Assembly: GCA_964635905.1 (NCBI GenBank)
Contig: CAZWPK010000001.1
Location: 288,293-352,292, forward strand
Length of the DNA: 64,000 nt
Direction of reading: 5' to 3'
From: an uncultured Pseudomonadales bacterium
Lineage (GTDB): Bacteria; Patescibacteriota; Microgenomatia; UBA1400; UBA12028
Positions within the stretch are counted from its first letter, which is position 1. The number at the start of each line of letters is the position of its first letter. Shown one piece after another: positions 31,092 through 40,945 of this stretch. The notes below the pieces were generated by a model. The model ran no database searches and was not told the DNA's origin. It was given only the letters and a program-made list of their open reading frames with translations. The translations under genes were made by a program, and so were the position numbers.

Positions 31092-32291
31092 ATGCAAATT
31101 TATAATTACAAAGCCCGCACCCAACAAAATGAAACGGTAACGGGAAAAGTGGAAGCTAACTCGGCCAGTGAGGCAAACTTAGTGCTGCGTGAACGTGGGT
31201 TATTCGTGATTTCCATTGTCGAGTTCCATGAGTCATCCATCCTTGCTCTCCTGAAGTATTCCAAAGTTTCCAAAAACGATATCGTCAATTTTACCCGTCA
31301 GTTATCCACGATGGTTACCGCAGGCCTCCCCTTAACGGAAGCGTTGCAAATTTTGGAAGTACAGGCAAAACCTGTCTTAAAGAAACTTCTTTCTGCCGTG
31401 CGTCGGGATGTGGAAGGTGGAATGACGCTGGCCAAAGCGTTGGAAAAACATCCCAGTGCGTTTAGCACCGTCTACATTTCGTTAATTAAAGCCGGTGAAT
31501 CGGCAGGTGTCCTGGACCAAGTGTTACATCGTTTGGCGGATACCTTGGAAAAACAGAAAGAGTTTGCTTCCAAAACCAAAGGGGCTTTAATTTATCCTGC
31601 AATCGTCATGCTTGCGATGGTGATTGTCGGATTTGTGATGATGATTTTTGTGATCCCGAAAATGACGGAAATGTATAAAGACTTTGGCGCCGATCTTCCC
31701 ATGCCTACCATGGTCTTAATTGGGATTTCCGATTTCATGGTGTCGTACTGGTATCTTGTGTTAATTCTTGTCGGTGGGGGTGCCGTCGCCTTTAATGCAT
31801 ATCGCAAAACTCCGGCTGGGAAATTAAAGGTGGATGAATGGATGTTAAAGTTACCCATCTTTGGTGAACTTCGTGCCAAGATTGCCTTAGTGGAATTAAC
31901 CCGAACCTTATCCTTATTGATTTCTGCGGGTATCTCGCTCTTAACAGCGATCGAAATTTCTTTTGATTCAGTAGGAAACATGGTCTTTCGCAATGCGTTA
32001 GTAAAAATTGCAAAGGATGTCGAAAAAGGTCAATCACTCTCCAATAGTGTTGCTAAGAGAGTTGAATTTCCAGTCCTCATGTCACAAATGATCTCTGTCG
32101 GTGAAGAAACCGGAAAACTCGATGAAGTCTTACTCAAGTTATCAGCCTACTTTGAAACCGAATCCGAACATGCGGTCAAAGGATTGACAACCGCTATGGA
32201 GCCTCTTATTATGATTGTATTAGGCATCGGAGTAGGTCTATTGATAATCGCAATCATCTTGCCTATCTATAACCTCACGAGCCAATTTTAA
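31092..32291 (+). CDS. pilC: Type IV pilus platform protein PilC/GspF
   Basis: FTRQLSTMV.AG.PL, GESAGVLD, ALIYP, GEETGKLD, EP..IV. Confidence 0.94.
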   Translation: MQIYNYKARTQQNETVTGKVEANSASEANLVLRERGLFVISIVEFHESSILALLKYSKVSKNDIVNFTRQLSTMVTAGLPLTEALQILEVQAKPVLKKLLSAVRRDVEGGMTLAKALEKHPSAFSTVYISLIKAGESAGVLDQVLHRLADTLEKQKEFASKTKGALIYPAIVMLAMVIVGFVMMIFVIPKMTEMYKDFGADLPMPTMVLIGISDFMVSYWYLVLILVGGGAVAFNAYRKTPAGKLKVDEWMLKLPIFGELRAKIALVELTRTLSLLISAGISLLTAIEISFDSVGNMVFRNALVKIAKDVEKGQSLSNSVAKRVEFPVLMSQMISVGEETGKLDEVLLKLSAYFETESEHAVKGLTTAMEPLIMIVLGIGVGLLIIAIILPIYNLTSQF

Positions 32292-32302
32292 GGAGAACGT
32301 CT

Positions 32303-32881
32303 ATGTCCACATTTCCCCAGTTACCCAGGTGGGTATCCTCGTTTCGATCAAGCAGGATCGGGTTCACCCTGATTGAATTGCTGGTCGTAATTGCAATTCT
32401 TGGAATATTAGCGGTGGCTGTTCTTTCAACGATCAATCCCATTGAACAGATTAACCGAAGTCGAGATACCCGTACGCGCTCGGATGCGGCTGAAGTCCTA
32501 TCCGCTGCCGAACGCTATTACGCCAGTCGTGAAATTTATCCATGGAACGTCGTTCCAAGTGGAACGAATACACTTCCATCCACTGGATTTTATTGGAACG
32601 CGAATACGAGTACCAACAACAACTGGCTAACGGAACTGCAAACTTCCGATGAAGTTAAGGCGAATTTAATTACTCGTGTAACCAATGACAGACGCGTAAT
32701 TGTTATCAAGAGTAACACCGCTGCAGCCGTAACCTATGTCTGTTTCCAACCGACATCATCCTCACTGAAAGCAGAAGCAAAAAAGAGTTGTAACGGATCC
32801 ACATCGGTGACCATCTCCGATGGTGGTTCCAACTCCATCAACAAATGTGCGGCGAACGCAGAATATCTCTGTCTCCCGTAA
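32303..32881 (+). CDS. Type IV pilin (candidate major pilin)
   Basis: G|FTLIELLVVIAILGILA class III signal; AAGGAG RBS; followed by a strong hairpin. Confidence 0.88.
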   Translation: MSTFPQLPRWVSSFRSSRIGFTLIELLVVIAILGILAVAVLSTINPIEQINRSRDTRTRSDAAEVLSAAERYYASREIYPWNVVPSGTNTLPSTGFYWNANTSTNNNWLTELQTSDEVKANLITRVTNDRRVIVIKSNTAAAVTYVCFQPTSSSLKAEAKKSCNGSTSVTISDGGSNSINKCAANAEYLCLP

Positions 32882-32914
32882 GTGATGGATTACTAGTGAA
32901 GCACCTTAATCATT

Positions 32915-32947
32915 CAAAGACAGCTGCAGTTGCAGCTGTCTTTGTTT
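32915..32947 (+). terminator. Perfect 14-bp inverted repeat after the first pilin
   Basis: CAAAGACAGCTGCA-GT-TGCAGCTGTCTTTG followed by TTT. Confidence 0.75.
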
Positions 32948-32966
32948 ATGAGTACACTCCAATCAT

Positions 32967-33767
32967 ATGCTTTTAGCTGTTGCCGTGATCTTTTGTTTAG
33001 GACTTGCCATCGGCAGTTTCTTGAATGTCGTGATCTACCGAAGCGTAAATCATGACTCTCCACTTCGGGGGCGTTCCTATTGTGATTTCTGTAAAAAACC
33101 TATTGCCTGGTACGACAATATTCCGTTGATTTCATTTATTGTCTTGCGACGCAAATGCCGGCACTGTCATGCAGTCATCCCCTGGGAGTATCCGACCGTC
33201 GAACTCTTAACGGGCTTATTATTCGTCTGGTGGTATGTCGTGGGTTTTACCTTCTTTAAGTTAACCGAGTTGCCCTTTGGCTTTGTACAGCCACTGTTTT
33301 GGCTTTCGGTAGGCATCCTGTTCGTTGTCATCGTGTTCGCGGACCTTTCCTACATGATCATTCCGGATAGTGCGGTATTGCTTTTAAGCATTGCGGCACT
33401 CGCCTATCGCGGGATGTTAGTCGCCCAAGGAATCATGACCGGAGATGATTTTTTCAAATCAGTTTTAAGCGCGATTGGTGCGTTGTCCTTCTTTTTGTTT
33501 TTAACGGTTCTAACACGTGGTAAAGGAATGGGAATGGGAGATGTTAAACTTGCGTTTCCCTTAGGACTCATCTTAGGCTTTCCCTTAACAATCCTCGCAA
33601 TCTTTCTCTCCTTTATTCTGGGTTCGCTGGTGGCGGTTCCGATGCTGGTACTGCGAAAAAAGAAATTGAAGAGCGTGATTCCATTTGGTCCATTTCTGAT
33701 CGTCGCAAGTGTGATAGCCTTAGTATGGGGCGAACCACTACTTGCCTGGTATCTACAGTATCTATGA
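32967..33767 (+). CDS. pilD: Prepilin peptidase
   Basis: GSFLNVVIYR, RSYCDFC, DNIPLISF..LRRKCRHC, IIPD, GMGMGDVKL, IPFGPFL. Confidence 0.95.
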   Translation: MLLAVAVIFCLGLAIGSFLNVVIYRSVNHDSPLRGRSYCDFCKKPIAWYDNIPLISFIVLRRKCRHCHAVIPWEYPTVELLTGLLFVWWYVVGFTFFKLTELPFGFVQPLFWLSVGILFVVIVFADLSYMIIPDSAVLLLSIAALAYRGMLVAQGIMTGDDFFKSVLSAIGALSFFLFLTVLTRGKGMGMGDVKLAFPLGLILGFPLTILAIFLSFILGSLVAVPMLVLRKKKLKSVIPFGPFLIVASVIALVWGEPLLAWYLQYL

Positions 33768-34669
33768 GAACCTTTCGTTTCTTTTTTAAATATTTGCTAG
33801 TGACTTGTGTGTTTTTGGGAGTCCTGGCAGTCATCGTTCCGTTTATTCAACTCGAACGTGCAACCCGTCTGATCAAGGATGAACTCGAATCGTTAAATCC
33901 AGATTTGGATCGAAGTGAACATCGAGAACAATCCTGTGTGAATGCTCCAGGATCCAGTCCCTACTCCGTTCCCATTGCGTATCAGTTGCGATTTTTAACT
34001 GACACGGACTATCAGGTGGAATTAGTCTGTAGCTATATCGAAGAATCTCCTGTCTTAATGCGCACCGGAAAGCTTCCTTTTTTGGTGACTAAATTGGCTG
34101 GAAGCACCGGATTCTATTATTCTTTGTCCGCGCGACAACAAAGCGCCGTTGAATTATCTGCCATCTGGTATACTCGCCAATTTGTTCTGGATGGAGTGAC
34201 GGTTGAGCAGTCCAATGCCAAGGTCAAAAATATCAACCCTAAATCCGTCTGTTCTGGGTATGGGTACACGTGCTGTGAACAGGGGGTGTACGCAGGAGTC
34301 GGCGATGTGTATCCGTATGCCAAGGACTGTCCTAGTACCTGCTTTTCGGCATGCAGCCCACTTCCCTATGTGGAATCATTTAATGCGGATCCCTATCCCC
34401 TTGATGGATCTACCGTGACCATGCAAGGAACTACCCAACAGGTTATTTTTTCCTACGCCGCGAGTTCTCGTGGTCCCAAGATTGCCTATGTCACCATTGA
34501 TTATGGCGATGGTTCAACGGATAAATCTGTTGAAAAAAGTGGCATCTTTACGCACCAATTCGAATGTAGCTCTAGCTGTCGAATTCCGGTCACGTTGACT
34601 GCAACCGATGTCACGGGACAGGTTTCAGTTGAAAACCCCCATGCAACCCTCTATATTGTAAAAGAGTAA
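33764..34669 (+). CDS. Membrane-anchored Cys-rich protein with C-terminal PKD-like domain
   Basis: ATGA overlap with pilD; N-terminal TM; CSGYGYTCC..DCPSTCFSAC; IDYGDGS....FTHQF PKD pattern. Confidence 0.75.
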   Translation: MRTFRFFFKYLLVTCVFLGVLAVIVPFIQLERATRLIKDELESLNPDLDRSEHREQSCVNAPGSSPYSVPIAYQLRFLTDTDYQVELVCSYIEESPVLMRTGKLPFLVTKLAGSTGFYYSLSARQQSAVELSAIWYTRQFVLDGVTVEQSNAKVKNINPKSVCSGYGYTCCEQGVYAGVGDVYPYAKDCPSTCFSACSPLPYVESFNADPYPLDGSTVTMQGTTQQVIFSYAASSRGPKIAYVTIDYGDGSTDKSVEKSGIFTHQFECSSSCRIPVTLTATDVTGQVSVENPHATLYIVKE

Positions 34670-34679
34670 AGGATATCTT

Positions 34680-35102
34680 ATGACGCACGCTAAACGATCT
34701 TCTGGCTTTACCCTTTTAGAACTCTTGGTGGTCATTTCCATCATCGCGATTCTGGTGGGACTGACAACCGCCAGCTTTTCTACTGCGCAACGTAAAGCGC
34801 GCGATTCGAAACGTCGAGGAGATGTGAAGGCAATGCAAAATGCTTTTGAACAATACTATTCAGGCAATAATGGGACCTACGGTGCTAGTTGTGCCACGAT
34901 GACGTCGGTCGGAGGGTCTACGTTGCTTCCCAACGGTTTGCCCAAAGATCCAAAGACAGGGCTGGACTATAACTGTACGGTGACGGCTGCAACAAACAGC
35001 TATTGTATTTGTTCAACGCTGGAGGGGGGCGGTGGAAATGCAACCAACACCAGCTGTGCAATGGGAACTGGAACAAACTATTGTTTAACCAACCTACAAT
35101 AA
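34680..35102 (+). CDS. Type IV pilin-like protein (GspG-like)
   Basis: G|FTLLELLVVISII, KARDSKRRGD, LPKDPK, YCICSTLE. Confidence 0.88.
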   Translation: MTHAKRSSGFTLLELLVVISIIAILVGLTTASFSTAQRKARDSKRRGDVKAMQNAFEQYYSGNNGTYGASCATMTSVGGSTLLPNGLPKDPKTGLDYNCTVTAATNSYCICSTLEGGGGNATNTSCAMGTGTNYCLTNLQ

Positions 35103-35103
35103 T

Positions 35104-35535
35104 ATGATCACCTCAAAACAACACGGATTCACAATGATCGAACTGTTAGTGGCAGCCACCATTTTGGCGGTTTTAGCCACCATTGGCGTCGTCAGTTTTC
35201 GCAGCGCTGCAGTGCGCGCACGCGATGGAAAACGCCAGGCAGATTTAAGTCAGGTTCGATCGGGATTGGAACTCTGGCGCTCCGCTCCCGGAAATTTACG
35301 CTATCCAAATTCTAACTATGAAGGGGTCTTAACGACCTTGGGAGCTGGAAATTATCTCTCAGAACCCTATCCTCGGGATCCCAAAAATGATTCAACCTAT
35401 TTTTACCAGTACGCTGCAACCAATGCGCAAGCCGGATATTGTCTGTGTGCACGCCTAGAAGGTGGAAGTGGAAATAGTACTTCAAGCAGCTGTTCCTTTG
35501 GCACTGGCTCCTTTTATTGTCTCCGCAACCCATAG
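35104..35535 (+). CDS. Type IV pilin-like protein (GspG-like)
   Basis: G|FTMIELLV, RARDGKRQAD, YPRDPK, YCLCARLE. Confidence 0.88.
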   Translation: MITSKQHGFTMIELLVAATILAVLATIGVVSFRSAAVRARDGKRQADLSQVRSGLELWRSAPGNLRYPNSNYEGVLTTLGAGNYLSEPYPRDPKNDSTYFYQYAATNAQAGYCLCARLEGGSGNSTSSSCSFGTGSFYCLRNP

Positions 35536-35592
35536 AGAAAGTGGTGGTATCCCTTCTAGTAATACCATACAAAAATTTGATAGAGTGAATCT

Positions 35593-36084
35593 ATGTCGAT
35601 AGTCTCCAAGCTTGGTTTTACCCTCATCGAACTGATTGTTGCTGTGTCCATCATGGGTCTTGTCATGGGGGGAGGAATTGCCGGATATCGCAGTTTTAAT
35701 GAACGACAGCAACTGATTACTACGGGAAAAGAAGTATTGGTAGCGTTGCGAAAAACCCAAGCTGATGCAGTAGCTGGAGTGAAGTCCACAAATTGTCAAA
35801 CGCGCACCTTCGTTTCCAATACTTTTAGCTTTACAGGTGGTGCGTATTCCATCGTGGAGAATTGCCAACAGGGTGGAACAACCTATTCCGTCCCAACCCG
35901 AACAGAGATGATCACACCCACACTTGAAATTGTGATTGACCGAGGATCCGTGATCTTTTATGGTCAATACGGTGGAGTTGCCTCTCCCGTTCAAATAACC
36001 ATTCGCAAAGTGGGAACGACAAGTCCGATCTATCGAATCAATGTCAATGCGCAAGGGACAGTGGAAGACTTGGGATTGCAATAA
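35593..36084 (+). CDS. Minor pilin (FimU/GspH-like)
   Basis: G|FTLIELIVAVSIMG; LRKTQADAV. Confidence 0.82.
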   Translation: MSIVSKLGFTLIELIVAVSIMGLVMGGGIAGYRSFNERQQLITTGKEVLVALRKTQADAVAGVKSTNCQTRTFVSNTFSFTGGAYSIVENCQQGGTTYSVPTRTEMITPTLEIVIDRGSVIFYGQYGGVASPVQITIRKVGTTSPIYRINVNAQGTVEDLGLQ

Positions 36085-36086
36085 CT

Positions 36087-36566
36087 ATGAATCTAAAGGA
36101 TCAAGCAGGACAAACCTTAATTGAGATTATTATCGCAGTGGGATTGGTGGTATTGGTCCTAACTTCAATCTCCGCAGGTTTGGCGATCAGTGTTCGCAAT
36201 AATCGCCATGCCAAAAGTATGGAAGAAGCCAAACAGTATGCCCGGGAAGGCACGGAGTGGTTTCGTCGAATGCGTGACCAGTTAGGATGGGACTCGTTTG
36301 CACAAGCGGTTCGCTCGGATGGGGCTTCCGTTACTTATTGTTTAGCAACACTTCCACAAACTGGGGCGGAGTTTATTGCGCTAGGTAATCAGACCTGTTC
36401 TGCAACCCAGGTGATTTCTGGAACTGTCTTTACCCGCTCGATGGCACTCACAACCTCTGGAGGGGCAGCTCCGGATACTGTCACAGCTTTGATTACCGTC
36501 GGCTGGAGTGATGGAGGAAAACAGTTTGCATCCCAGTCCACTACAACCTTACGCCGATGGCGATAA
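36087..36566 (+). CDS. Minor pilin (PilV-like)
   Basis: G|QTLIEIIIAVG; AREGTE..R..RD; ITVGW. Confidence 0.82.
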   Translation: MNLKDQAGQTLIEIIIAVGLVVLVLTSISAGLAISVRNNRHAKSMEEAKQYAREGTEWFRRMRDQLGWDSFAQAVRSDGASVTYCLATLPQTGAEFIALGNQTCSATQVISGTVFTRSMALTTSGGAAPDTVTALITVGWSDGGKQFASQSTTTLRRWR

Positions 36567-36571
36567 AACGT

Positions 36572-37114
36572 ATGAAGCAGCAACAAAACTCTGGATATAC
36601 CCTGATTGAATTACTTACCGTCGTGGCTCTCTCAAGCTTATTGTTGATCACGGTGACTTCACTCTTTTTTACCACCCTCTTAGGTGGAGGCAAAACCGCA
36701 TCGGGAGAATATACCAAGCAGGCTGGGAATTATGCCTTAGGTCAAATGACCTACATGATCCGTAATAGTCGGAAACTTGTCCTAAATTCCGACCCAACAC
36801 CCGTCATCTGCCAAAGTGGGATGCAATCACTAGGGGTTCAGTCACAAGATAATAACACCACTATTTTTTCACTCGACAGTAATCGAATTGCCAGCAACAG
36901 TGGCAGATATCTTTTACCGGCTGATGTTCAAGTTGTCACCGGCTCGCTTCGCTTTGACTGCAGTCCCGCAAGTTATGGAACTTCTTCTTGGGATGGCTCT
37001 TTACCCAGTGTGACGATCTCTTTTTCCTTGCGCAAAGGAACGGTAGGTGTTGACTCACAACGCGATATTGTCGAACTTCCGTTTCAATCAAGTGTTACCT
37101 TGCGAAACTACTAA
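36572..37114 (+). CDS. Minor pilin (PilW-like)
   Basis: G|YTLIELLTVV; IRNS; C-terminal VTLRN. Confidence 0.82.
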   Translation: MKQQQNSGYTLIELLTVVALSSLLLITVTSLFFTTLLGGGKTASGEYTKQAGNYALGQMTYMIRNSRKLVLNSDPTPVICQSGMQSLGVQSQDNNTTIFSLDSNRIASNSGRYLLPADVQVVTGSLRFDCSPASYGTSSWDGSLPSVTISFSLRKGTVGVDSQRDIVELPFQSSVTLRNY

Positions 37115-37170
37115 AACGAACAGTAGGCCGTACTTGATTCTCATGCGTGTACCTGCGTAGAATGAAGTAT

Positions 37171-37926
37171 ATGAGATCTTCGAGTGGCCAGATCGGTATT
37201 ATCCTACTCTTAGTGACGGTCGTCATGCTGACGGTTGGAATTTCCGTCGTCTCACAAACCACTAGTGATGTCGATATTTCTGTGACCAATGAAAGTGCCA
37301 ATCAAGCGCTCGATGCTGCGGAAAGCGGAGTTGAGAATGCTCTGGGAAGTGACTTGAATTCCTACACTGGTGGAAATACTACGGTGGGTGGAATCTCGGT
37401 CGATACCAATGTCATTCGACAAACCGTGCTGGAATCTGTCGTCGAACAAGGATACGCCGTCGGGGTGGATGTTTCGACAGCAAATAAATCCCAACCACTG
37501 ATCATCAGTTGGGCAAAAAGTTCCACGCCAAGCCAACAGGCGTCCCTCGTTGTCTCGGTGTTTTCTACGTCCTCTCCATATGTCCGCCGATTCTATGTTG
37601 GTCTTGCAAATGCCACCGCAGACAGTAACCGAAATCAACGGGATGGATTCTCCAATGCCTTAACCACTGCCGATGCTGGATATTCGCTACGTACCGATAT
37701 TGCCTTACAAGCCAGTGACTATCTTGTTCGCATCCGACCGCTCTATACGGCCGCACAGCTTCGTGTGCGTGGCACAAATTTGCCAACCCAACAATATGTT
37801 GTCGTTTCCAAAGCGCAGAATACGACCACGAAGGAAACAAAAGCAGTACAAGTGGAGCGAGGTATCCCGGTTCCTCCCTCCGTCTTTGATTATGTGCTCT
37901 ATGCCGGAGGTTCCATTACCCCTTAA
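37171..37926 (+). CDS. Minor pilin (PilX/GspK-like, no Glu5)
   Basis: G|QIGIILLLV, QALDAAESGVENAL; TAGAAT 7 nt upstream of the ATG at 37171. Confidence 0.8.
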   Translation: MRSSSGQIGIILLLVTVVMLTVGISVVSQTTSDVDISVTNESANQALDAAESGVENALGSDLNSYTGGNTTVGGISVDTNVIRQTVLESVVEQGYAVGVDVSTANKSQPLIISWAKSSTPSQQASLVVSVFSTSSPYVRRFYVGLANATADSNRNQRDGFSNALTTADAGYSLRTDIALQASDYLVRIRPLYTAAQLRVRGTNLPTQQYVVVSKAQNTTTKETKAVQVERGIPVPPSVFDYVLYAGGSITP

Positions 37927-37937
37927 TAAAGGACACT

Positions 37938-38957
37938 ATGAATGCGGTTGGATTTGATCTTGGTTCGTACAGTCTAAAAGTAGCGGAAATTGCAGGTGAT
38001 GCTCGACGTGTTCGACCTGTAAAGCTGCACCAGTTTACGCATCCTTTTGGTGTCATGCTCCCCGCTGATTCTGGTCAAATGCAGCAAATGGCTGGCATGA
38101 TCAAACAGATTTTTATCGATAAGAAGATTCCTTTTTCCAACGTGCGTGCCGCTTTGCCCGAAAGTGTCGTCTCCACAAAAATCATTGCCACTCCTTCCCT
38201 CTCGGATGCCGAATTAGCTTCGGCGATTGATTGGCTGGCGGAGCAACATATTGCCATCCCCTTGGAAGAATTAAAACTGGAATATGAGGTGTTGTATCGA
38301 CCGGACAAATCACGCAAAAACGAAAACATGCGGGTGATGCTGATCGGTGTGCCAAAGGCTGTAATTGACTCGTACTTGACCTTATTTGGATACATGGAGA
38401 TCGAACCCGTGTTACTCGAAACGCAAGTGCTCTCCATCCTGCGTTCTACGTTAACAGAAAGTATGCCGACTACCCTAGTGGTGCATATGGGAGCTGCGGC
38501 GACCGATTTCTTTATCGTGCATGAGGGCGAAATTGTGTTCGTTTACACCTTTACCAATGGAGGCAGGCTTCTCACCCGATCGATTGAACGTGGTTTAAAT
38601 GTCGACGCAAAGCAAGCTGAAGAATATAAAATGACGTATGGAGTAGATCCACAATTCCTAGAAGGTCGATTGGTTGCGATCCTAAATCCTGTCTTACAAC
38701 TCTTTAAGATTGAAATTCAAAAAGCCATGCAGTATTTTGCCGGCCAATTTGGAACGCAGTCCGTTAAACGTGTCGTGCTGTCGGGCGGTGGCGCGCACAT
38801 GCCTGGATTGATCACGCATTTGGCCTCCCAATTGAATGTGGAATGTACCTTGGCTCGCCCGTTTGCCCATTTTGAAACGGATACCAAAATGCAGTTACCC
38901 ATGGAATCTGAAGCCTCGTTTAGCGTTGCCTGCGGATTGGCATTTCGAACCTTTTAA
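37938..38957 (+). CDS. pilM: Type IV pilus assembly protein PilM
   Basis: GFDLGSYSLK, VHMGAAATD, GG..LT..I, LSGGGA.MPG, VACGLA actin-like fold. Confidence 0.9.
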   Translation: MNAVGFDLGSYSLKVAEIAGDARRVRPVKLHQFTHPFGVMLPADSGQMQQMAGMIKQIFIDKKIPFSNVRAALPESVVSTKIIATPSLSDAELASAIDWLAEQHIAIPLEELKLEYEVLYRPDKSRKNENMRVMLIGVPKAVIDSYLTLFGYMEIEPVLLETQVLSILRSTLTESMPTTLVVHMGAAATDFFIVHEGEIVFVYTFTNGGRLLTRSIERGLNVDAKQAEEYKMTYGVDPQFLEGRLVAILNPVLQLFKIEIQKAMQYFAGQFGTQSVKRVVLSGGGAHMPGLITHLASQLNVECTLARPFAHFETDTKMQLPMESEASFSVACGLAFRTF

Positions 38958-38962
38958 CTGTT

Positions 38963-39568
38963 ATGGCTACCACACAAGGAATCAATTTTTTACGGGAGCG
39001 GGTCCGACTGCAAGAGGCAGTCATCAATTCGGATAAGCGCTTGATGCTCTATACCTCGATCGCGTTAGGGGTATTTATGACGGTGGTGGTGGGAATTGGA
39101 GCCTATCGTTTCTACTTAGGTCAGCGAGTGGAGAGCATGGATTCGGCCATAGAGACCCAACAAGCACGGTTACGTCAGTTAGAACCCGTCAAACAGATGT
39201 TGTCGGAACGCAATATGTTGCTGTCGACGACGGAGGATGTCTTAGCGAAGCGTGGAAAAGGCTGGGAAGCGATTGATTACTTGTATTCCATTTTGCCTGA
39301 AGGATCTGTCGTGGATGCAATTCACTTGTTAGCTTCGGATAACTTGATGGAGTTTCGCGTGATTGCTAGCGATGTATTCGCGTATAAAAAACTCTCGGAA
39401 GTACTTCAATCGCAAACAGTTGCCTTAAGTGGCTACAACCCCACTATGGGTAGTTTAAATCGGGATAAGAGTGGAAAGTATGCACTCAATGTAAAACTCT
39501 CGGTCTTACAAAACGAGGCTGCAGTAGAACCTGTGCAGCCTGCGGATGTAGTGGAGGAAGTAGAATAA
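38963..39568 (+). CDS. PilN-like protein
   Basis: INFL (INLL-like) motif, TM, coiled coil; directly after pilM. Confidence 0.75.
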   Translation: MATTQGINFLRERVRLQEAVINSDKRLMLYTSIALGVFMTVVVGIGAYRFYLGQRVESMDSAIETQQARLRQLEPVKQMLSERNMLLSTTEDVLAKRGKGWEAIDYLYSILPEGSVVDAIHLLASDNLMEFRVIASDVFAYKKLSEVLQSQTVALSGYNPTMGSLNRDKSGKYALNVKLSVLQNEAAVEPVQPADVVEEVE

Positions 39569-39577
39569 ATTGACAGT

Positions 39578-40390
39578 ATGGCAACTTTATCATTTCTTAC
39601 TGGCGGTTCTAGCTTAAATACAAAAGCGCTGATTGCGACTGCACGGAAACGCCGATTTTTTACCATTTCCATTATTTCCTGGTTAACGATTGCCTTGCTC
39701 GCCGTTGTTGTCTTGCTTCCAGCCGTACAATCCATTTTGACATCCATGACTGCCCTAGCCGAAAAACAGGAAGAACTCGAAGATATTCGAACTCAGGTGG
39801 AGTCATTATCCGCAGTCGATGAAAGTGTCGAACGCCAGCGTATTGCAGTACTACAGGCTGCACTCCCTGCTGAAAAGCCGGTGTTACCTCTGCTCTATTC
39901 TTTAGATAAGCTAGCAATTCAGTCCCAAGTAGGCATTGCAAACTTTCAAGTGAGCCCTGGAGAGCTTTCCTCCTTGACCAAAGAAGGAGCTCGTACGGAG
40001 TCGACGTTGGCTCCCGGGGTTTTCTCTCTTCCCTTGCAAATGCAAGTCAGTGGCACGTTTGCGAATTTAAACAGTTTCTTTAAACAACTCGACACGATTG
40101 TGCCGCTTGTTCGGATTACGACCATTGAGTTTGAAGGTGCAGATTCTGGAGCGTCCGGCGGTGCTAGCGCAACAGCTTCTGCCGTCTATCAGGCAAATGT
40201 GACAATGGAATCCTTGTTTGTGTCGATTTCACCAAATGCATCTGGAGTTGTTCAGTCAACCTTGAGTTCGGAACATGTTGCCTTATTGGAACGACTAACC
40301 ACATCCTATGCGGAACGTCAGACGGATGTTGCATTACAGACTGTCTCAATCTCTACGGGATCGGCAACACGAAATATTTTCAGTCAATAA
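39578..40390 (+). CDS. PilO-like protein
   Basis: TM, coiled coil, AALP, VSGTFANLNSFF..L....PLVRI. Confidence 0.75.
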   Translation: MATLSFLTGGSSLNTKALIATARKRRFFTISIISWLTIALLAVVVLLPAVQSILTSMTALAEKQEELEDIRTQVESLSAVDESVERQRIAVLQAALPAEKPVLPLLYSLDKLAIQSQVGIANFQVSPGELSSLTKEGARTESTLAPGVFSLPLQMQVSGTFANLNSFFKQLDTIVPLVRITTIEFEGADSGASGGASATASAVYQANVTMESLFVSISPNASGVVQSTLSSEHVALLERLTTSYAERQTDVALQTVSISTGSATRNIFSQ

Positions 40391-40413
40391 AAACGAGTAA
40401 AAAAATGGAGTAG

Positions 40414-40677
40414 TTAAGCCTCAATGGCGGTCTCTACCGGCTGTTCGTCATCGGCGACCTTGATGATCACGTGACGCTGTTCTTTGACGGCGCGAACTTT
40501 GGCCAACGTTCGAATGGCATGAATAATTTTTCCATTTTTTCCAATGATGCGTCCGGTGTCTTCTGGAGCAACTTTGAGGAGGTACACCTGCGTATCCCCA
40601 TCTTCAACCATTTCAACCGAAACGGAGTCTGGGTTGTTTACGAGATGGATGAGGATGAATTCGAGTAGGCTTTTCAT
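40414..40677 (-). CDS. khpA: KH-domain RNA-binding protein
   Basis: LVNNPD, D.GRIIGKNGK.I.AIRT; coupled to rpsP. Confidence 0.9.
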   Translation of the reverse strand: MKSLLEFILIHLVNNPDSVSVEMVEDGDTQVYLLKVAPEDTGRIIGKNGKIIHAIRTLAKVRAVKEQRHVIIKVADDEQPVETAIEA

Positions 40678-40910
40678 GCGGCTTTCTGTGAACGAGTGTA
40701 GAGGTTAGCAACCGTTTCGGTGGGTTGAGCACCCTTACTAATCCACGCATCGTATTTTGCTTTATCCAACACTAATTCCTTGGTGAGTGGACTGTAATGT
40801 CCAATCATTTCGATGTACTCACCATCGCGTTTGGTTTTAGCTTCGATCGCAACGATACGAAAGTGTGGCTGATGTTTTTTCCCGGTTCGAGAAAGTTTAA
40901 GTTTGACCAT
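40674..40910 (-). CDS. rpsP: 30S ribosomal protein S16
   Basis: MVKLKLSRTGKKHQP.FRIV, RDGEYIE.IG.Y.P, WISKGAQPTETV; start reassigned to 40910. Confidence 0.96.
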   Translation of the reverse strand: MVKLKLSRTGKKHQPHFRIVAIEAKTKRDGEYIEMIGHYSPLTKELVLDKAKYDAWISKGAQPTETVANLYTRSQKAA

Positions 40911-40945
40911 AACTGTAGTTCCTAAAAACTTGAAGTGAAAGTATA

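Noticed and set aside
32303-37926. Shufflon or pilin antigenic-variation cassettes
   Set aside because: All pilins have complete N-termini on the same strand; no inverted recombination repeats or adjacent invertase
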